The notes under the pieces were generated by a model. That model was not told the DNA's origin. It saw only the letters and a list, made by a program, of their open reading frames with translations, and did no database searches. Position numbers and translations under genes: made by a program. This document shows positions 48,946-62,352 of a DNA stretch of 64,000 nt, in pieces. The DNA is from Xylographa opegraphella (lineage: Eukaryota), in contig JALDZX010000017.1 of assembly GCA_022813865.1 (NCBI GenBank), positions 62,001 through 126,000 of the forward strand, in the 5' to 3' direction. Each line of letters opens with the position of its first letter. Within the stretch, counting starts at the first letter, position 1.

Positions 48946-51900
48946 TGTAAACAAACAGCAAGGTTCGGACGTGCTATAGCTCTAAAGACGCCTCAACGGA
49001 GTGATACAGTAGACTTCTAAATGGATACGAAAGACTTGAACCTTCAACTCCACAGCGCTGCATGCCCTTCCATCACGAGCCCACGTTCAGCTGCATCGCT
49101 CGCTACTCCACAAAGCGAGACCATCCTCCGTGTCCCCCAAAAATTTGGGCCAATCTGCCACGACTAGGGCTTGAGAATGGGCTCGATGGGCAGAACACAG
49201 GCAGGCCAATCTGAGGAAGCCCCCGGGTCTGAGAGAGAGAGGGAAGTCGACGTTCGAGGATTGTGAGATTATCCAGGCAGGGAAACATGACTGGGACCCT
49301 GAGCGGTCGAAGACAGGTTGTGGTGAAAGCTGAGGAAAGCCCGGTGGAAGTTACGAATCCGGGGAGGTCGACGAGCTTAGGCATCAGTGCCAATTTGGAG
49401 GTATGATTGCTACATCGATAGCCGAGAGAGCTCCGCGCACGGCATCTCGTAAGGTAGCTGGGAGATATCCAGCCCCGAAGAGCAGCCAAGCCCTGAACTG
49501 CTCCAGAGAGACGATCCTCTCTCACAAGCGCCGGATACGGGCCGAACGAAAGCGTGCGAGCCTTGAAATCCAAAAGGATACGAATACTCACTTGCACATG
49601 TGCCATTCGAAGAAAAAAAATGATGACAAGAAAGGGCAGAAGGAACGAACAGCAGAAGAACCCGCTCCCAACCGGCCCGGGCCTCCGGTTCTTCGAATAC
49701 GGGGGGAGTGCAGACAGTGAAAAGCTTCAGGTATCAAAGACCGGGGTACTGTGACAAAGTACGAACAATGATAACGAAAAACCAACAAGCTATGCCTCCC
49801 AGAAGCTTGTCTGCCCCCGCTGGAGTCAGAAAGTATGTCGAGGAACGAGGCTGACGCACCGGTCAAAAGCCACGGTACGAAGTAAGCCGGCGGAACATTC
49901 GACGACGGCCTTTCTGGCGTGATTTCGCCCCGCCCACCGTCTCTCTCTCTCAGTCTATCTCTCACTCTCGCTGGCCCATCATCCTGCAGCTCTAGAAAGC
50001 CGACACCACGAATCCGTTAAGGCCTCCCACCGTGCATCGTCCGATCTGTGACCAACGCCGCTCGTCGCCGATCGCAGCCTGAAACCAGAAACAGGAATGC
50101 GTCGGGGATGAGGCTTCGCGAGCAGGCGTGCAAGGGGGACTTACGAGGTACATCGGTGCGGTTTTGGGGCGAGGAGATGAGAAAGCTCGGATCCTGCGAG
50201 ACGCATTGGCCATTGTTTTTTTGCTTCGCCGTCAGCACATAATCCGTCATTATTGCTGTGGCTAGCCTTTTCCCCCCTCTCTCCCACACACACACCCCCC
50301 TGGCTCCTTCTTAAAACGCCCGTGCATAAGCACTACGCAGATAGGTAAGCTCACGTTCATTGCTCGCTCGCTCGCGAAAAGATTCCGTCTTGTCGAGCAT
50401 GCAAGTACTCCCCGTCCGTACAGCGAAGCAGCAACAGCGCGCTGCTGCACAGGCAGAGCCAACTCACGGCTAGCTGCACAGAGAGAGGAGAGGGCCAAAT
50501 CCACTCCTGATCCTTCCTCTCCTCCTTCTGCATCCCTCCGCATTCAAACATATCCAATCCGACGGTGTTGTCCGACGCCGGTGCCTTACCCACCCGCACC
50601 GAGGTCCTTCTATCCTACCGAAACCCATCACCATCACCGTCCGGTCTGTCGTCTGAAATACCTAGGCAACCTCGGTACTCGTACCTCCGCAGCCTACCCT
50701 GTGCTGAATATCGCCGGCTGGTTGCCCCCCCGGAGCTCGCCCTGGGCCGTAGCAACACCGCAGGCGTGGACGAAAGCACCCCACCTCCCAGCCGCACACC
50801 ATCCACAAGAGGCAAAGACCACCCGCTCGATCTCACGGGCCAGGATGTCAATCCTTCGGCCGTCCTTGATGGGCTGCTGTCCCCCCCCATAAAGCCGCTT
50901 CCGACTCGACAGCTCGGGGACTAGGCTAACGAAGTCGGGCAAGCATTGCGTCCCTTGGAGCGACGGTGCCACGCGCATAAGTGCCTGCGGCATTCCGACC
51001 AGGACTGTCCTCGAAAGGGAAAAATTGGAGGAAGGACATTCCAACTCATCCTAGCCGCAGCGAACGACCCCAGGAGTCCCCGTTGCAATCGGGGTCCAGC
51101 ACCACCGCGACGCTTCCAGGGACAGACTCGGTGAATCCGAAGGCCTTGATGGCCGCCGTCTCGGACCGCGCATCGGTGCAGCCAGGGTCGAGCTTGTTCG
51201 CTCCAGATCCTGAGGGGGGACGAGAGGGAAGGAGCCAACAGCGGTGTCCCCAGCACGTTGTGGCTTCCCTCGGACGTGACGGGGTATCGTTCATGTCGGA
51301 CAGTGGACGAGATGGGGTTGGGTGCAAAAGGATGTTCACGACGATCGGTGTCGGACGTGGCACAAGGCTCGGAGCGGTGCGAGCCCGGGAGCCGCTGGTG
51401 CACGGGTACAAAAGGCGAAGGGAGATTTCAGTGCCATGGATGGAACAAGGGCATTTGATGGATGGGAAAGGTGAGAGTCCGTGGCAGGATGGGGACACGA
51501 CACGGGCCCCGACTCGCGAAGAGTGGATGATGGGACGACGTCCCGATCGGGTGGAGGACGGCTATCTACGTGATGCAAAGGTTGATGTCGCACAGCCAAG
51601 GATCCATCCCCGCCATGGTGTGAAACGTGACGCCTCATCTCCGCCGATGCAGCCGCCGCCAAAAGGGAAACGGCCACGGGAGAAGGTATGGCTCGAGAGT
51701 GCACGTGTGACGCCGACCGGGCGCTTGTTCACCACAGCCAAAAGCAGTCGGATCAGGCAACTGAGCTTAGAGCCCGTCTCCTCTACCGTTCTAAATCCAG
51801 GAAGCTCTCTACCTAGAGGCCGCCTTCCCAATGCCCGTTCCGTCATCATCGTCTTTTGCACCCAAGCGTCTCCGCTGCCAACACACAGCCGCCGCAAGGC

Positions 51901-51992
51901 ACACTGCCGCTCCATCGTAGATACACGGAAGCGATTTCAGCGATAGCAACAAGCCACCAGAAACACGCGAAAGAGCACCCGGTTCCCCTCGC

Positions 51993-52013
51993 GAGAGAGA
52001 GAGAGAGAGAGAG
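51993..52013. repeat. (GA)n microsatellite
   Basis: About 10 GA units, directly visible. Confidence 0.9.
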
Positions 52014-52123
52014 GCCATACACACCCCACATCACCTGAGTCCAGCCTCTACCGTGTTCATTCTCCTCCTAGCCAGCGATTGCAAGCCACGGAGCGTCAGC
52101 CATTCCCATGATAGTGAAAGTCG

Positions 52124-54732
52124 TTACATTTCCGGCGGCATTTCCTCCTCGATCTTCGTGTGTTGCATCTCGTTCCCGCCAGGCATGCCCATGCTCATAA
52201 CGCCATACATGCCTTGCCTCATTCCCGTTCCTCCCATCATGTTCGCCACCGGCGCTCCCTGCATCAGTTGCTCGTGTTGCTGCTGCTGACGGAGCTGTTC
52301 TTGGTTCTGTGCGTCGGACGTCAACGGTGGTGCTTCGTCCTTCATGCATGAATTCTCCAGCATGTTGGTCCATTTGCCACTCGTGCCCCCGTGACTGTGT
52401 TTGAGATGTTGCCTGAAATGATCTGCGCGGAAGAACTTTTTGCTTTGGTTGCATTCACCAAACTTGTGGATCGTAGTCAGGTGGTTGCTGCGAGCCACCC
52501 AATCCTGGATTGGGAAGTTGGGGAATTGTTCACCGCAGTATCCGCACACATCGTATTCTGCCGGCATGCCAGGCTGCTGTGGTGGAGCGTGGTTGGCATT
52601 CGTGTTCGGAGGGATAGCATTGCAAGGATGGAAGGCGGCTTGGTAGTCTCGGTCGAGGGTAGCACAGGACCACGAGTGCCGCCGGAGATGGAGCGAGTTT
52701 TGATGGCGCTCAGCCTCGTTCTTGTTTTTGAAACGGTTGTGACACCACTGGCAGGCGTACTGCTTCTCGTTCTGATGATGTCTGTTTGGATGGATTAGCC
52801 CACGTACGTCGAAACAACGAGGTGTCTGTTGTGATCCCTACCGAAGCGCTTCCAAAGTGTCAAACTTCTTCGGTTTTTTGGGGCAGCAGTTACAGATGTG
52901 CAGGTCTGCCTGCAATTTGGGCGCGTTGGACGATGCGTTGCGGGACGCGTTTTCGGCCGACATTTGTTGGGCCAGAGCGGCAGTGGTCTGAATGTCCGCA
53001 TTAATGTGGTGTGGATGGGACATCGGATCTTGAGGGACGGAGTTGAGCGGCGGCGATTTCACGTAATGCAATTCACGACCGTCGTGTTGTTCGGATAGTG
53101 GTGACAGTCCGCTGGGCGAAGAACGCTCGTGTGACGACAGGCTGGTGATGCTGCTGCTGCCGCCAAACGACAATGCAGCGGAGGACGCGTACGAACCGTT
53201 GAGTAATCCCCCCGATGAGGCTGGCGAGACAGAGCCGTGAGATGGGTGGTATCGATGAACGGGGGAAGCGCGGGTTGCTGAGAGGTGGCCCGAGGTGCGA
53301 CGCTGGTAAAGCTCGCTACTCGTGCCGCCAACAGTCTGCAGCGGGGTTTTGCTCTCGTGAGTGGCGTCTCGTGGTGGCGACGAAGCCCTGCGTTTCATTC
53401 CTGATCGTGAATTCGGTGAGTGCACATCTATACTTGGGGGTGACCGATCATCGAGGTGGAGTTGTCGCATTCCACCAGTTTCTTCGATGGGAAAATCCAG
53501 GTCGAGGTCCGGCTCGTTAGTCAAAAAGCCTGAGTCGGAGCTTTCGCCTCGCTTAGACCTGCCCGCCCCGCTAGCGCGCCCATCCTCGAATGCACCGGTG
53601 ATGATACTGCCGCTGCTGTCGGCGCGCCGGTTGGGAATTCGCACTCGTGCAAAGTGCTCGCCGTCGGAAGCAGAGGATGGCGACTGCACGCCTTCCAGGA
53701 TGGGAGGGTTGCGGTACTCCTTGAAACTCTTCGCATTTGCCGCGTGGGGGATGAGACTGGGAGAAACGATGGCGGATTTGGGGCTACTGATCCACTTACT
53801 ACCAAACGGTGATCCCACCTTGAACGGGGAGTCGGACGATAAGCTGAACGATCGGTCGGAGAAGGACAGCGAACTGGGCGGTGGTGGGGCTGGCTTGGAC
53901 GATGGACGATATGGTCCTTCTGGTATGGGTGACATGTCCGCGCTCCCTGACGTCGATGACCGTGGTGGTGTTCTGGGCTTGCCGGCAAACTTGGTGAGTA
54001 GATGCTTGTCATAGGCGTGGGATGAGTCGGTGCGATTTTGTCTCTCGAGGGGCCGTTCGCCATGAAGACTGGAATCAAGGGTTCTAAAGTCAGTATTCTT
54101 ATCTGACACCGTCCCACATTGTGATGCTTGCGGCTGACTCTTCGAAACAAAACATTCGCAGCGAAGACCCACGCCCGATGTTATTCTTCTAGAGCCATAC
54201 CGAACCCCCGACAGCTCTCCAAACGAACAAAAGCATGAGCAGTGGTAGGGAGAGATTATACTGACTGGTACGCAATACTTGTGCCCGAGAGACTGTGATA
54301 TCCTTCGTCGATATCGCTTCTGGAAGGCGATCGGATCGTGGAGGTCGAGCTATCACGCCGTGCTCCGCCAAGATCATCCAATCCCATTTCCACCTCTTTG
54401 CGCATAACCCAGCTACCCTGCGATATGCTTGACCGCGGACTCGTAGGCCCGAATTTATTCCCAAACTCCCCCGGTCCACCACTATTCCCCCACTGCCATC
54501 CTGGATCTCTTCCCAGTGCAATATCTTCGATGTATCGGGGTGGAGGAAGCGGTGGAGGAACGGAGCTCCCCCGGGAATTAGGGATGCAGACCGGCGCCGC
54601 CGAAGTCGAGAACGGTTGCGAGGCATTCGACGAGGAGTATGAGGACGCTCGACTGGAGAAATGATGCGGACCATACGCATGGTGATTGTCCGGGCCTGAG
54701 ACCCGTGGCGACGAAACGCGAGGATTTGCCAT
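52124..54732 (-). CDS. C2H2 zinc-finger protein (putative transcription factor); 3 exons
   Basis: Ser/Pro-rich N-terminus (PPPLPPPRY..DPGWQWGN). Zinc-finger region CNCCPKKPKKF, CQWCHNRFKNKNEAERHQNSLH, CGYCGEQF and CNQSKKFFRADHFRQHLKHSH. Confidence 0.88.
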
Positions 54733-55120
54733 GGCGGCTTGAGGTCGCCACGAGCTGAAACGCAAGGAGCAAGCAGTAGAAACAATTGCGCCAGCGCTAC
54801 ATGCAAAACGGAGTCAACAGACTTTGCGGTGGCAAGAGAAAGGAGCACTACAGCGTCAGCGCAGCGGCGACGGAACGGCCGCGAAACAACGTGCGGAAGC
54901 AGATGGCGGAAATGTGGGCACCAAAGAAGCGGATTGCTGCGTAACGGTCGTTAAGGCTGAAGCGGGTTTTTCGTCAATTAATTTGGGGTCGGCCGTGGAG
55001 AAGAAGAAAAGAAAAACAATTGGCGACAGGGTCGATGCAAGTCAACCCTACGGGGACGAGCAAATGTCGGACTCGACAAATTTAAGGGATTTTCTTCCAG
55101 GGTTTTTGAAGGGGGGGGGG

Positions 55121-55135
55121 NNNNNNNNNNNNNNN
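55121..55135. other. Assembly gap (15 N) after a poly-G run
   Basis: N characters in the sequence. Confidence 1.
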
Positions 55136-58100
55136 GTGGTTTGGTTAGGTTAAGGAAACGTGGGTACAGCTGGACACTTTATCACTCCGTTACATGGGAC
55201 GAATAGGTTCGACTTTGTCGCTACCAGCGTTCGACCTTCCCTCACTGCTTCGCGTTGTTCGTAGTTACCGTTCGTAGGCGTGCGTGGTGTGGTGCTGACC
55301 GGCCTTAGAAGCTCCCTACCGTAGACTACCGTAGGAGCGTTCGAGGAAGGTACCTTATTAGGTGCTTGGAGGTGGGGTTGCGCCGAGCAGGGGCTCGTGG
55401 CTGGTCAGCCCTATGGCACCATCAGGATTCTGGCTTTTGTTTGGCGCAGACACCCCCCGGCCGGAAAGGAAAAAAAGAAGGTCTCACCGTTTGTTCGAGA
55501 AGTCAAAAGGCTGCTTTCCTTACCTGGCCTGAACCTGACCTTAACTGCTCCTCCACCACGCTTCCGCTCGCGGCACACTAGGGATGCGGCACGGGTGTCC
55601 GAATTGGGATCCCGTCGGCCTGCCTTATGCTGGGAGTCGATACTATGAATAAAGTCCGCTCACGGCCGTTCCGAAGTCCTTGCCCGTCGTGGCCAACGCA
55701 GATTCTGTTGAAGGAAATACCTCGCTCGATTCCTCCGGTGCGGGTGGAACGGCGACGTGGACGTAACGCCAGACTGTCACTCGCAGGGTTTTGGGCCAAC
55801 GCCGTCGCAAGATACCCTACCTGGGTGCGATGATCCGATGCACAGATGAATCCGGCACCGACCACGCTCCTTCGTCCTATCCTGATCCCGGCGCCCACAC
55901 AATTCCCGCGGACCGTAACGGTTTGAAAGGGGGGGGAAGTGCTCCGTCACCGACACCCAGATCGCCAATGCAGGTTCCTCGAGGGAGTCGTGTCTTTCTT
56001 CACTTTTCTTAGGTTGCGGCCTGGCCGTGCATGGAAAAGTCGAACTCTTTTGGCAGGAGGATGGATGGTGTGCGATCAAGGCTTCAACAGTGCAGGCTTG
56101 TGATCCGATGCCCTAATGACAACATGGGTCGCCGTTGAAGCTGTGTCCCCGCGGCGCAGCGGGTTGGCCTTAAGATGCTTTAGGGCAAAGCCCACGCGCT
56201 AACGGAAGGCGAGGGCGACGACCCCTGATAGTCTGCCCGTCCGAGCAAGGATCAGCTTCGTGGGAAGGGGGGGGGTTTCCTTCAGTCCGTCGCTCTTGGC
56301 GTGGCTTGGCGCTCTGGCTGTAAGGATGAGATTAGCCACCAGAAGGAAAATCAAGAGTTGGATGTACGGATAACGTGCTGCACTGTAAAGTAGATTTGCC
56401 CCGCGATGTACGGAGCCAAACGCTCTCCTATCGGCTTTTCCAGGTCCCTTCGCTACACTCTCGGCCAGCGGCACTCGGATCCCGCACCGAGGACTAACTC
56501 CGTGCTCTTGGTGCAGATATGAGGGGCCAATGGCTCGTTCGAAAAACAAGCGATCTCGCTCCGAGAGGATCTTGCTACGGAGTGGTGGCGAAGACGTCGG
56601 TCGTGCTGGGTGGGACGGAGCAAGCCGGGCGAAACATGGTCGTTTGGCGAAGATGTGCGAGAGGTCTTATAGTCATCGCTTCCTGAAGGATTCCTGAAAG
56701 CGCCGTCCGTTGTGTACCTCAGGTGCCCAGCTAGCCCGTACGGAAACAGGCTGATCAGAATTCGGGTCCGGTAAGGTAGTCTAGCGAATCTTTCGCCTTT
56801 GCCTTGCCTTACCTTACCGCCTGATTGAGATCATGACCATCAGCCCTCCGAGGCCGAGGAGGCTTAAAGCAATTCAAAACTCTCTTTGAGTACCTTAATC
56901 ACGTCCTCGGGCCTCTCTCGCGTACCCTTCCCAGGCGACGGCGATTCGTTCCCAGTAGCCGGTGCATGGACCCACGGACACATTCTCCCACGTCTGGATC
57001 CACCGGTGTCTCAATTTGGCCCCATTATGCCTGTTGAATCCCCTTTCCCCCTCGTCCTACAGCCGTAAGCCAACAGCCCTTCGTTTGCCCGCGTAAGCAC
57101 TATGGAAGATCTCAGTCACGGGCCTTTTCCTGTTTATGTCTCTACTCCGTTCGGTCAGCCATCCTGCATGACTGCGGTGGGAAATCCTGTAAACATCGTG
57201 TACGGCGAACATGGACCTTGCTGGGCACCACCGACTCACCATCCGTCAGCCTAAAACCAGCGTCGACCCTGTACGGCAAAACCAAGATACCCACGCTTAC
57301 ACGGATTAGATAATACTCGCTGCATAAGGTAGGCTACGGGTGGTGGAGTGTACGGGTCCATGACAGACTTTGGACTAGGGGGAAGCAAGAGGTCGATCAA
57401 GCTCATAATTTCAAGAAACCCCAAAAACCAATACCATAATCAATGCGCGTCTTGCATTAGGATGCCCACCCGATCAGAAACCGGAGCACGCTTGTGCATA
57501 GATCTGAGCGGTGGGCAAGGACCCATTTGCCAATCGACCCGGGCAGCGCTGGCACTCTTCAGCTGGTGACGGCGAGCCACGTGGGACATGAGACCTGTCG
57601 CACGCACGCCGCACGAACGAGGTGGACTCAACAACTGGGGGGCAGCTCCCAATATTATCTTATTAAAAGCTTTGAAAGCCTGCATCTCCGCCAGCCACAT
57701 CCCCAGGACCGGGAGCGAGCTTCTCGCGGGCAAGGGCTAGAACGAGCGAGTGAGTCCCTGGAGGGTCCAGGGCTGGAGCACGATGTCGTCGAGAGCCATC
57801 ACTTTCTCAGCTCTCGTCGGCAAGGTCGCACCGGGCATGATAAGTAAGGAATCTGACGGTGCGAGCCTCGAGAGACTAAAATAGACAGAATCGACGCGAA
57901 AGGGAGCGAGGGGGAGGGAAAAAGAAGGTTAGACGGATACCGTAGGGCCGGTAAGGCTGTGAGCCAGTGGTTGGCTGGCTGCGGGGGGATTATTGTTTAG
58001 GGGGGGTAAGGAGGGCTGGATCGCTGGACGGCGGCGGCTGTGTCGAACAAAGGGTGCGGGAGGGTCAGCGGCAAACCATGCCGGTGGAAAGAAATGCGGA

Positions 58101-58454
58101 TGACGAGACGGGGTCACGCAACATGATGTCTCGACGCCTGACCCAATCGCTGCACGCACCACGCAAACAGCATCCAGCAGCCTTTCGAACAACTGCGCAC
58201 ACGCTGCAGAAGGTAAGCCGGAGGCAAAACACGGCACTACCTTCACCGGAGGACTACTACCTTACCTTACCTTAGCTACCTACCTTATCCTCCTATCCGG
58301 CGGTGGGGTCGAGATCCGCGTGTCTCTCAGGCGGGCAAGGGTTCCCTCCCAAACCCCCAGAACAAAATCTACTCGGTAGACCAAAACTCAGCAGAACCAA
58401 GATCCCACACACGCTGCATCATCACCCGTCCAAGAATACATGTCAACAACGAGC

Positions 58455-59833
58455 ATGGCGCTGGATCGCATCCCAGGCGACGCCGAACTGTACATCGGAG
58501 GGTGAGTTGACACACACACACACACACTCACGGGGCAAGAAAGAGAAAAAACACTCTCCCTTCAGCCCCGCCAGGTCGACAACGCCCTAACCTTGAACAA
58601 ACCCCCAAAACAGCCTGTTCTCGCTACGCCGCTCCCAAGCCCTAAAGAACGCCCGCATCACTCACGTCGTCTCCGCGCTGCGGCTGCCCTTGGACGAGAG
58701 CCTCTTCCAGCCTTACCGCCATCTGGTCGTCGAGCTGGACGACGTCGACGACGAGGACGTCCTCCAGCATTTCGCCACCAGCAATGCGTTCATCCGCGAC
58801 GGGCTCGCGGGTGGCGGGGGCGTCTTGGTTCATTGGTGAGTTGTGCTCTTCGCCACACGGGGGTACTGCTGTACCACCCACCTTTTCTGGCGCGCGGCCG
58901 GAGCAAAATCTGAGAGGGAAAAGAAAAAAAAATTAAATTAAAATTAAATTTGCAAACTCCAATCTCAGTCGCCGAAACCCCGTTTGCAAGTTGAATGTGC
59001 TATATTTAGAACACGCAGCTCCAATTTCGCCTCCCATCTTGCTTTTGCCACCATGAACGACACCAGAGAATCACGAGAGACTAACATTCTCGCATAACAG
59101 CGCAATGGGCAAATCCCGCTCCACGACGCTGATAATCGCCCACCTCCTCAGCCTCTCCCCCTCGACCACGACGCCCGCGTCCGCGCTGGCCACCGTCCGC
59201 GCGTGCCGACCGATGGCGGAGCCGAACGCCGGCTTCATGCAACAGCTGGAACTCTACCACCGCATCGGCTGTCCCGCCGACGTCGCCGCGCACCCGCTCT
59301 ACCAGCGCTGGCTCTACCAGCGCGAAGTCGAGCGCAGCATCGCGTGCGGCCGCGCCCCGGACAGCATCCGCTTCGGCGACGAAGAAGAAGGAGGAGCCGC
59401 CCCCGCTGACGACAAAGGTGCAGACGAGGTCGAGTACCGCTGTCGCAAATGCCGACGCGGCCTCGCCACATCCGCTTACATCATCGCACACACCCCCAAA
59501 GCGGCGGCTGGCACGAGCCGAAGCCGCGACAGCGGGCCCATCGCCACGTTGCAAAGCCCAGCGGCCACACCGGCCGCTGCTGCCCAGTGCGCGCACCTCT
59601 TCCTCGACCCACTGTCCTGGATGCGGCCGGAGCTGGAGCTGGGCAAGCTGGACGGCCGGCTCGAGTGCCCGAACCCGAAGTGCAGGACCAACGTGGGCAA
59701 GTATGCGTGGCAGGGGATGAGGTGTAGCTGCGGGGGCTGGGTCGTGCCGGGCATCAGTCTCGCGCGCGGCAGAGTGGATGAGATCAAATCGAGGACGAAA
59801 GGCCTGGGGGAGAGACCGGGAGGGAAGATGTGA
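58455..59833 (+). CDS. YVH1: Dual-specificity phosphatase Yvh1; 3 exons
   Basis: LYIGG, ITHVVS, catalytic VHC|AMGKSRS spanning intron 2 (58837-59100), EPNAGFMQQL, and a zinc-binding domain RCRKCRR..CAHLF..WQGMRCSCG. Confidence 0.95.
58510..58527. repeat. (AC)n microsatellite in YVH1 intron 1
   Basis: About 9 AC units, directly visible. Confidence 0.85.
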
Positions 59834-61652
59834 CGCCTTTCCTTTCATCTTTCGAAAGATCTTGGACTCGCACGAACGTGCATGAAGATACATTTGATCG
59901 GGTGTTTTTTCGGCGGAAGATCATGTTCATAACGATGAGGCGACTGGAACACCCAGAACGTTTGCACGCTCACTCAATTCAGATGAAGAATATCCCCAGC
60001 CCGACGTCCATACGAGTATGTCCACCAACCCCCGTGTTGCTAGCTGACATCAAACACGTACGCGGAATATGCCGGCGACAACAAGTGGCGAATGCTCTTG
60101 TGAGTCACGGAGAGGTAAAGAAGCACGGTGAGACACGATATCCAGGAAAAATAATGGATATAAAAGCGTGTTTGATGCATCGACAATTGATACCATGAAT
60201 ACATGCAGGCTGGAACCGTTGACCCAAACACGTAGGCCCTCCAAACAATCTCTCGTAGCTCCACCACACACCCCCTCATCCAATAAGAAAATTTGCGCTT
60301 CGGTGTTCTCCCGTATCGGCGTTTTACCTCTCTAGTCACCCCTCCACCGAACCAGCCGGTCACAAAGTGAACGACTGCGCGCGTGTGGGGGCTGCATTCA
60401 GGGCATTCGCCATTTATTGTGATTCATGTCCGGCTGAGAGGCTTGATAGAGCGCAAGGAATAGTGGTTGATAGGACCGCAGGAAGCGGACGCGCACACAC
60501 CCTCGGTTTCGCTTCCACCTAAGGCCCAGCCTATCAAGTGCTCTGACCCAGCTATTTTTTTCAAGCCGTAGTCTAAACCGCAAGTTGCCTCTCTATGAGC
60601 TGTAGAGAGCCACAAGCTTTGTATGGAGCCGATCGATGTGTTGTGTATCAGAGCGTCGAGGAATCTAACCGGAAAAGATACTGCTCCGAAGATCCTAATG
60701 GCCATGAGTGGACGAACGGCTGTCTCGCACACCTCGTAGTGGAGCTTTTATAGTTCGGTGCTCAAGCAAGGATGATCTCCACTTCAATGCTCACTGCAGA
60801 ATAAGGCCTGTACCAGAGAATCGTCGTCCGGCTACAGCTATGACTGGCTGTTTCGAAACCTTGGCAGGCCTTTTGACCTACACAACAAGCATCCGAAAAT
60901 CACACGAGGCGCCAGTAAAAACCGATGACGAGTATTGAGTTTGGAAGATAATTGTGTATGCCCACAATTGAATTGAGGCAAATCAAAAGTCGAGATGAAG
61001 CCCAAGCGCCATAACCGAATCAACAGGCTGGCAGAGGCAACCTACCATAGCAAACATACAGCTTGCTGGATGTCGGTAATCCGCGAGTTTTGAAATTGCG
61101 GATTTCTAAGCCATCTCTCATGCCAGGACCTATAAGATATACCAAAAGCCCCTGTTAGGATTTCGCCATTAATTTCCTATTGTGTGGAGGCGGGGTGGAC
61201 TTCTTCGGAAGATATCCTTTCATGTGTCGAGAGTGGAACAAGGTCCAGCTTCACATCTCTGGAGCCACTTAACTATCGAGGGTTTGGGCCGGGACTATAT
61301 CCTCGTGATCCCAGATGTCCAATAAAGTTAGACAACCACAGCTTCGAAACGAAGAATGCCAGGGTGTCCTTTGTAAGCCTTAGTCTGTATTGTGATTAGT
61401 CTGCGCCACCCTTTTTCGAGAAAAAGCTGAGAAGAAGCAAATATTGCGTCCGGAATGGCCATTGATAGGAACTCGCGCCCTATAAAGATGGCCCCCAAGC
61501 TCTCACCGTCATGTTCGGCCAAAGGAGAAAGAGGCGCTTAGCATCGTAAGCAGTAACTAATGGCTTCGTGGCAGCTGGCCAATGACGAGCCATAGTTTTA
61601 GAATACTCTGCCCAACTATATAGAACAATCTGAAACGCTTGCTGCAGATTGT

Positions 61653-62352
61653 TCACAGGCCTCCACTTGGCACGGAAGGGAAGGCGCTCGGGTTCTTGAG
61701 TCGCTCCCGATTTCTCTTCGAGATCTCAGCATTACGTATACGGTCAAGACGCATCTGGAAGAAGTTCCTAGAAATAGTTAGAACATTTGAGGTTTGTCGT
61801 GTAGACCCTGCAGTTACGTACTTGTGGAGCGTGTATATGCGCGGGATGTCATCTGCAACCGAAGAAGTCTCTCTGCTAGAAATTTCTTTAATCTAATGTC
61901 TCACTGGTCAGATGTGCCATCTCTCTTTGCGAAGCAGGTGCCAGCACATGCCTTGTCGTCCTTTTCCTTCTCGGCTTCCTTCTGAGCGGCAGCTTCCTTC
62001 GTTTTCTCCTCTTGATCTCCCTCCTTCGGGTCTTTTTTGTCCTTTGATTTTTTCTTCTTTGCCAGCTTTTCCTCGTATTCTTTCTTCACGATTTCAATCT
62101 CTCTGTTCAATTCTTCCTTCTTCTTCGCAGCTTCATCAACGACAGGAGAGCAGAAGCCTCGGTCTTTCAGGTGACCTCGACAGGCGTAGAAAAAATCCTT
62201 GGCCATGTCAGCTTACATGCATAACTCGTGAAAGATAGTACCTTGTTGTCAGGCGTGATCAAAACAGATACGGTTGGTTTGTAACAGACATAACATGGCT
62301 TTGATGAGCTCTCTGCCACAGTGCGCAAATGCCAAACATTCGATAGCGCCAT
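61653..62352 (-). CDS. VFA1: Vps4-associated protein 1-like (DUF1742); 4 exons
   Basis: NVWHLRTVA..KPCYVCYKPT..LITPDNK|DFFYACRGHLKDRGF, a Lys/Glu-rich middle, PRIYTLHK|NFFQMR and FPSVP. Confidence 0.85.

Noticed and set aside
50981..51946. 321-aa plus-strand ORF
   Set aside because: Non-ATG start, GC-driven Arg/Pro/Gly composition, many overlapping open frames and no domain signature.
54797..54802. ATG-TAG start-stop element upstream of the C2H2 gene
   Set aside because: Equally consistent with the 3' end of a 5'-UTR intron (TTGAC..TAG); cannot be resolved from sequence alone.
58502..58531. YVH1 intron 1 donor GTGAGT complementary to ACTCAC after the AC repeat
   Set aside because: Only 6 bp, and easily produced by one substitution in the microsatellite.
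59081..59893. Multiple overlapping long ORFs at YVH1 (likewise at 41530-42261, 42605-43625 and 53361-54014)
   Set aside because: Antisense or alternative-frame shadows of GC-rich genuine CDSs.
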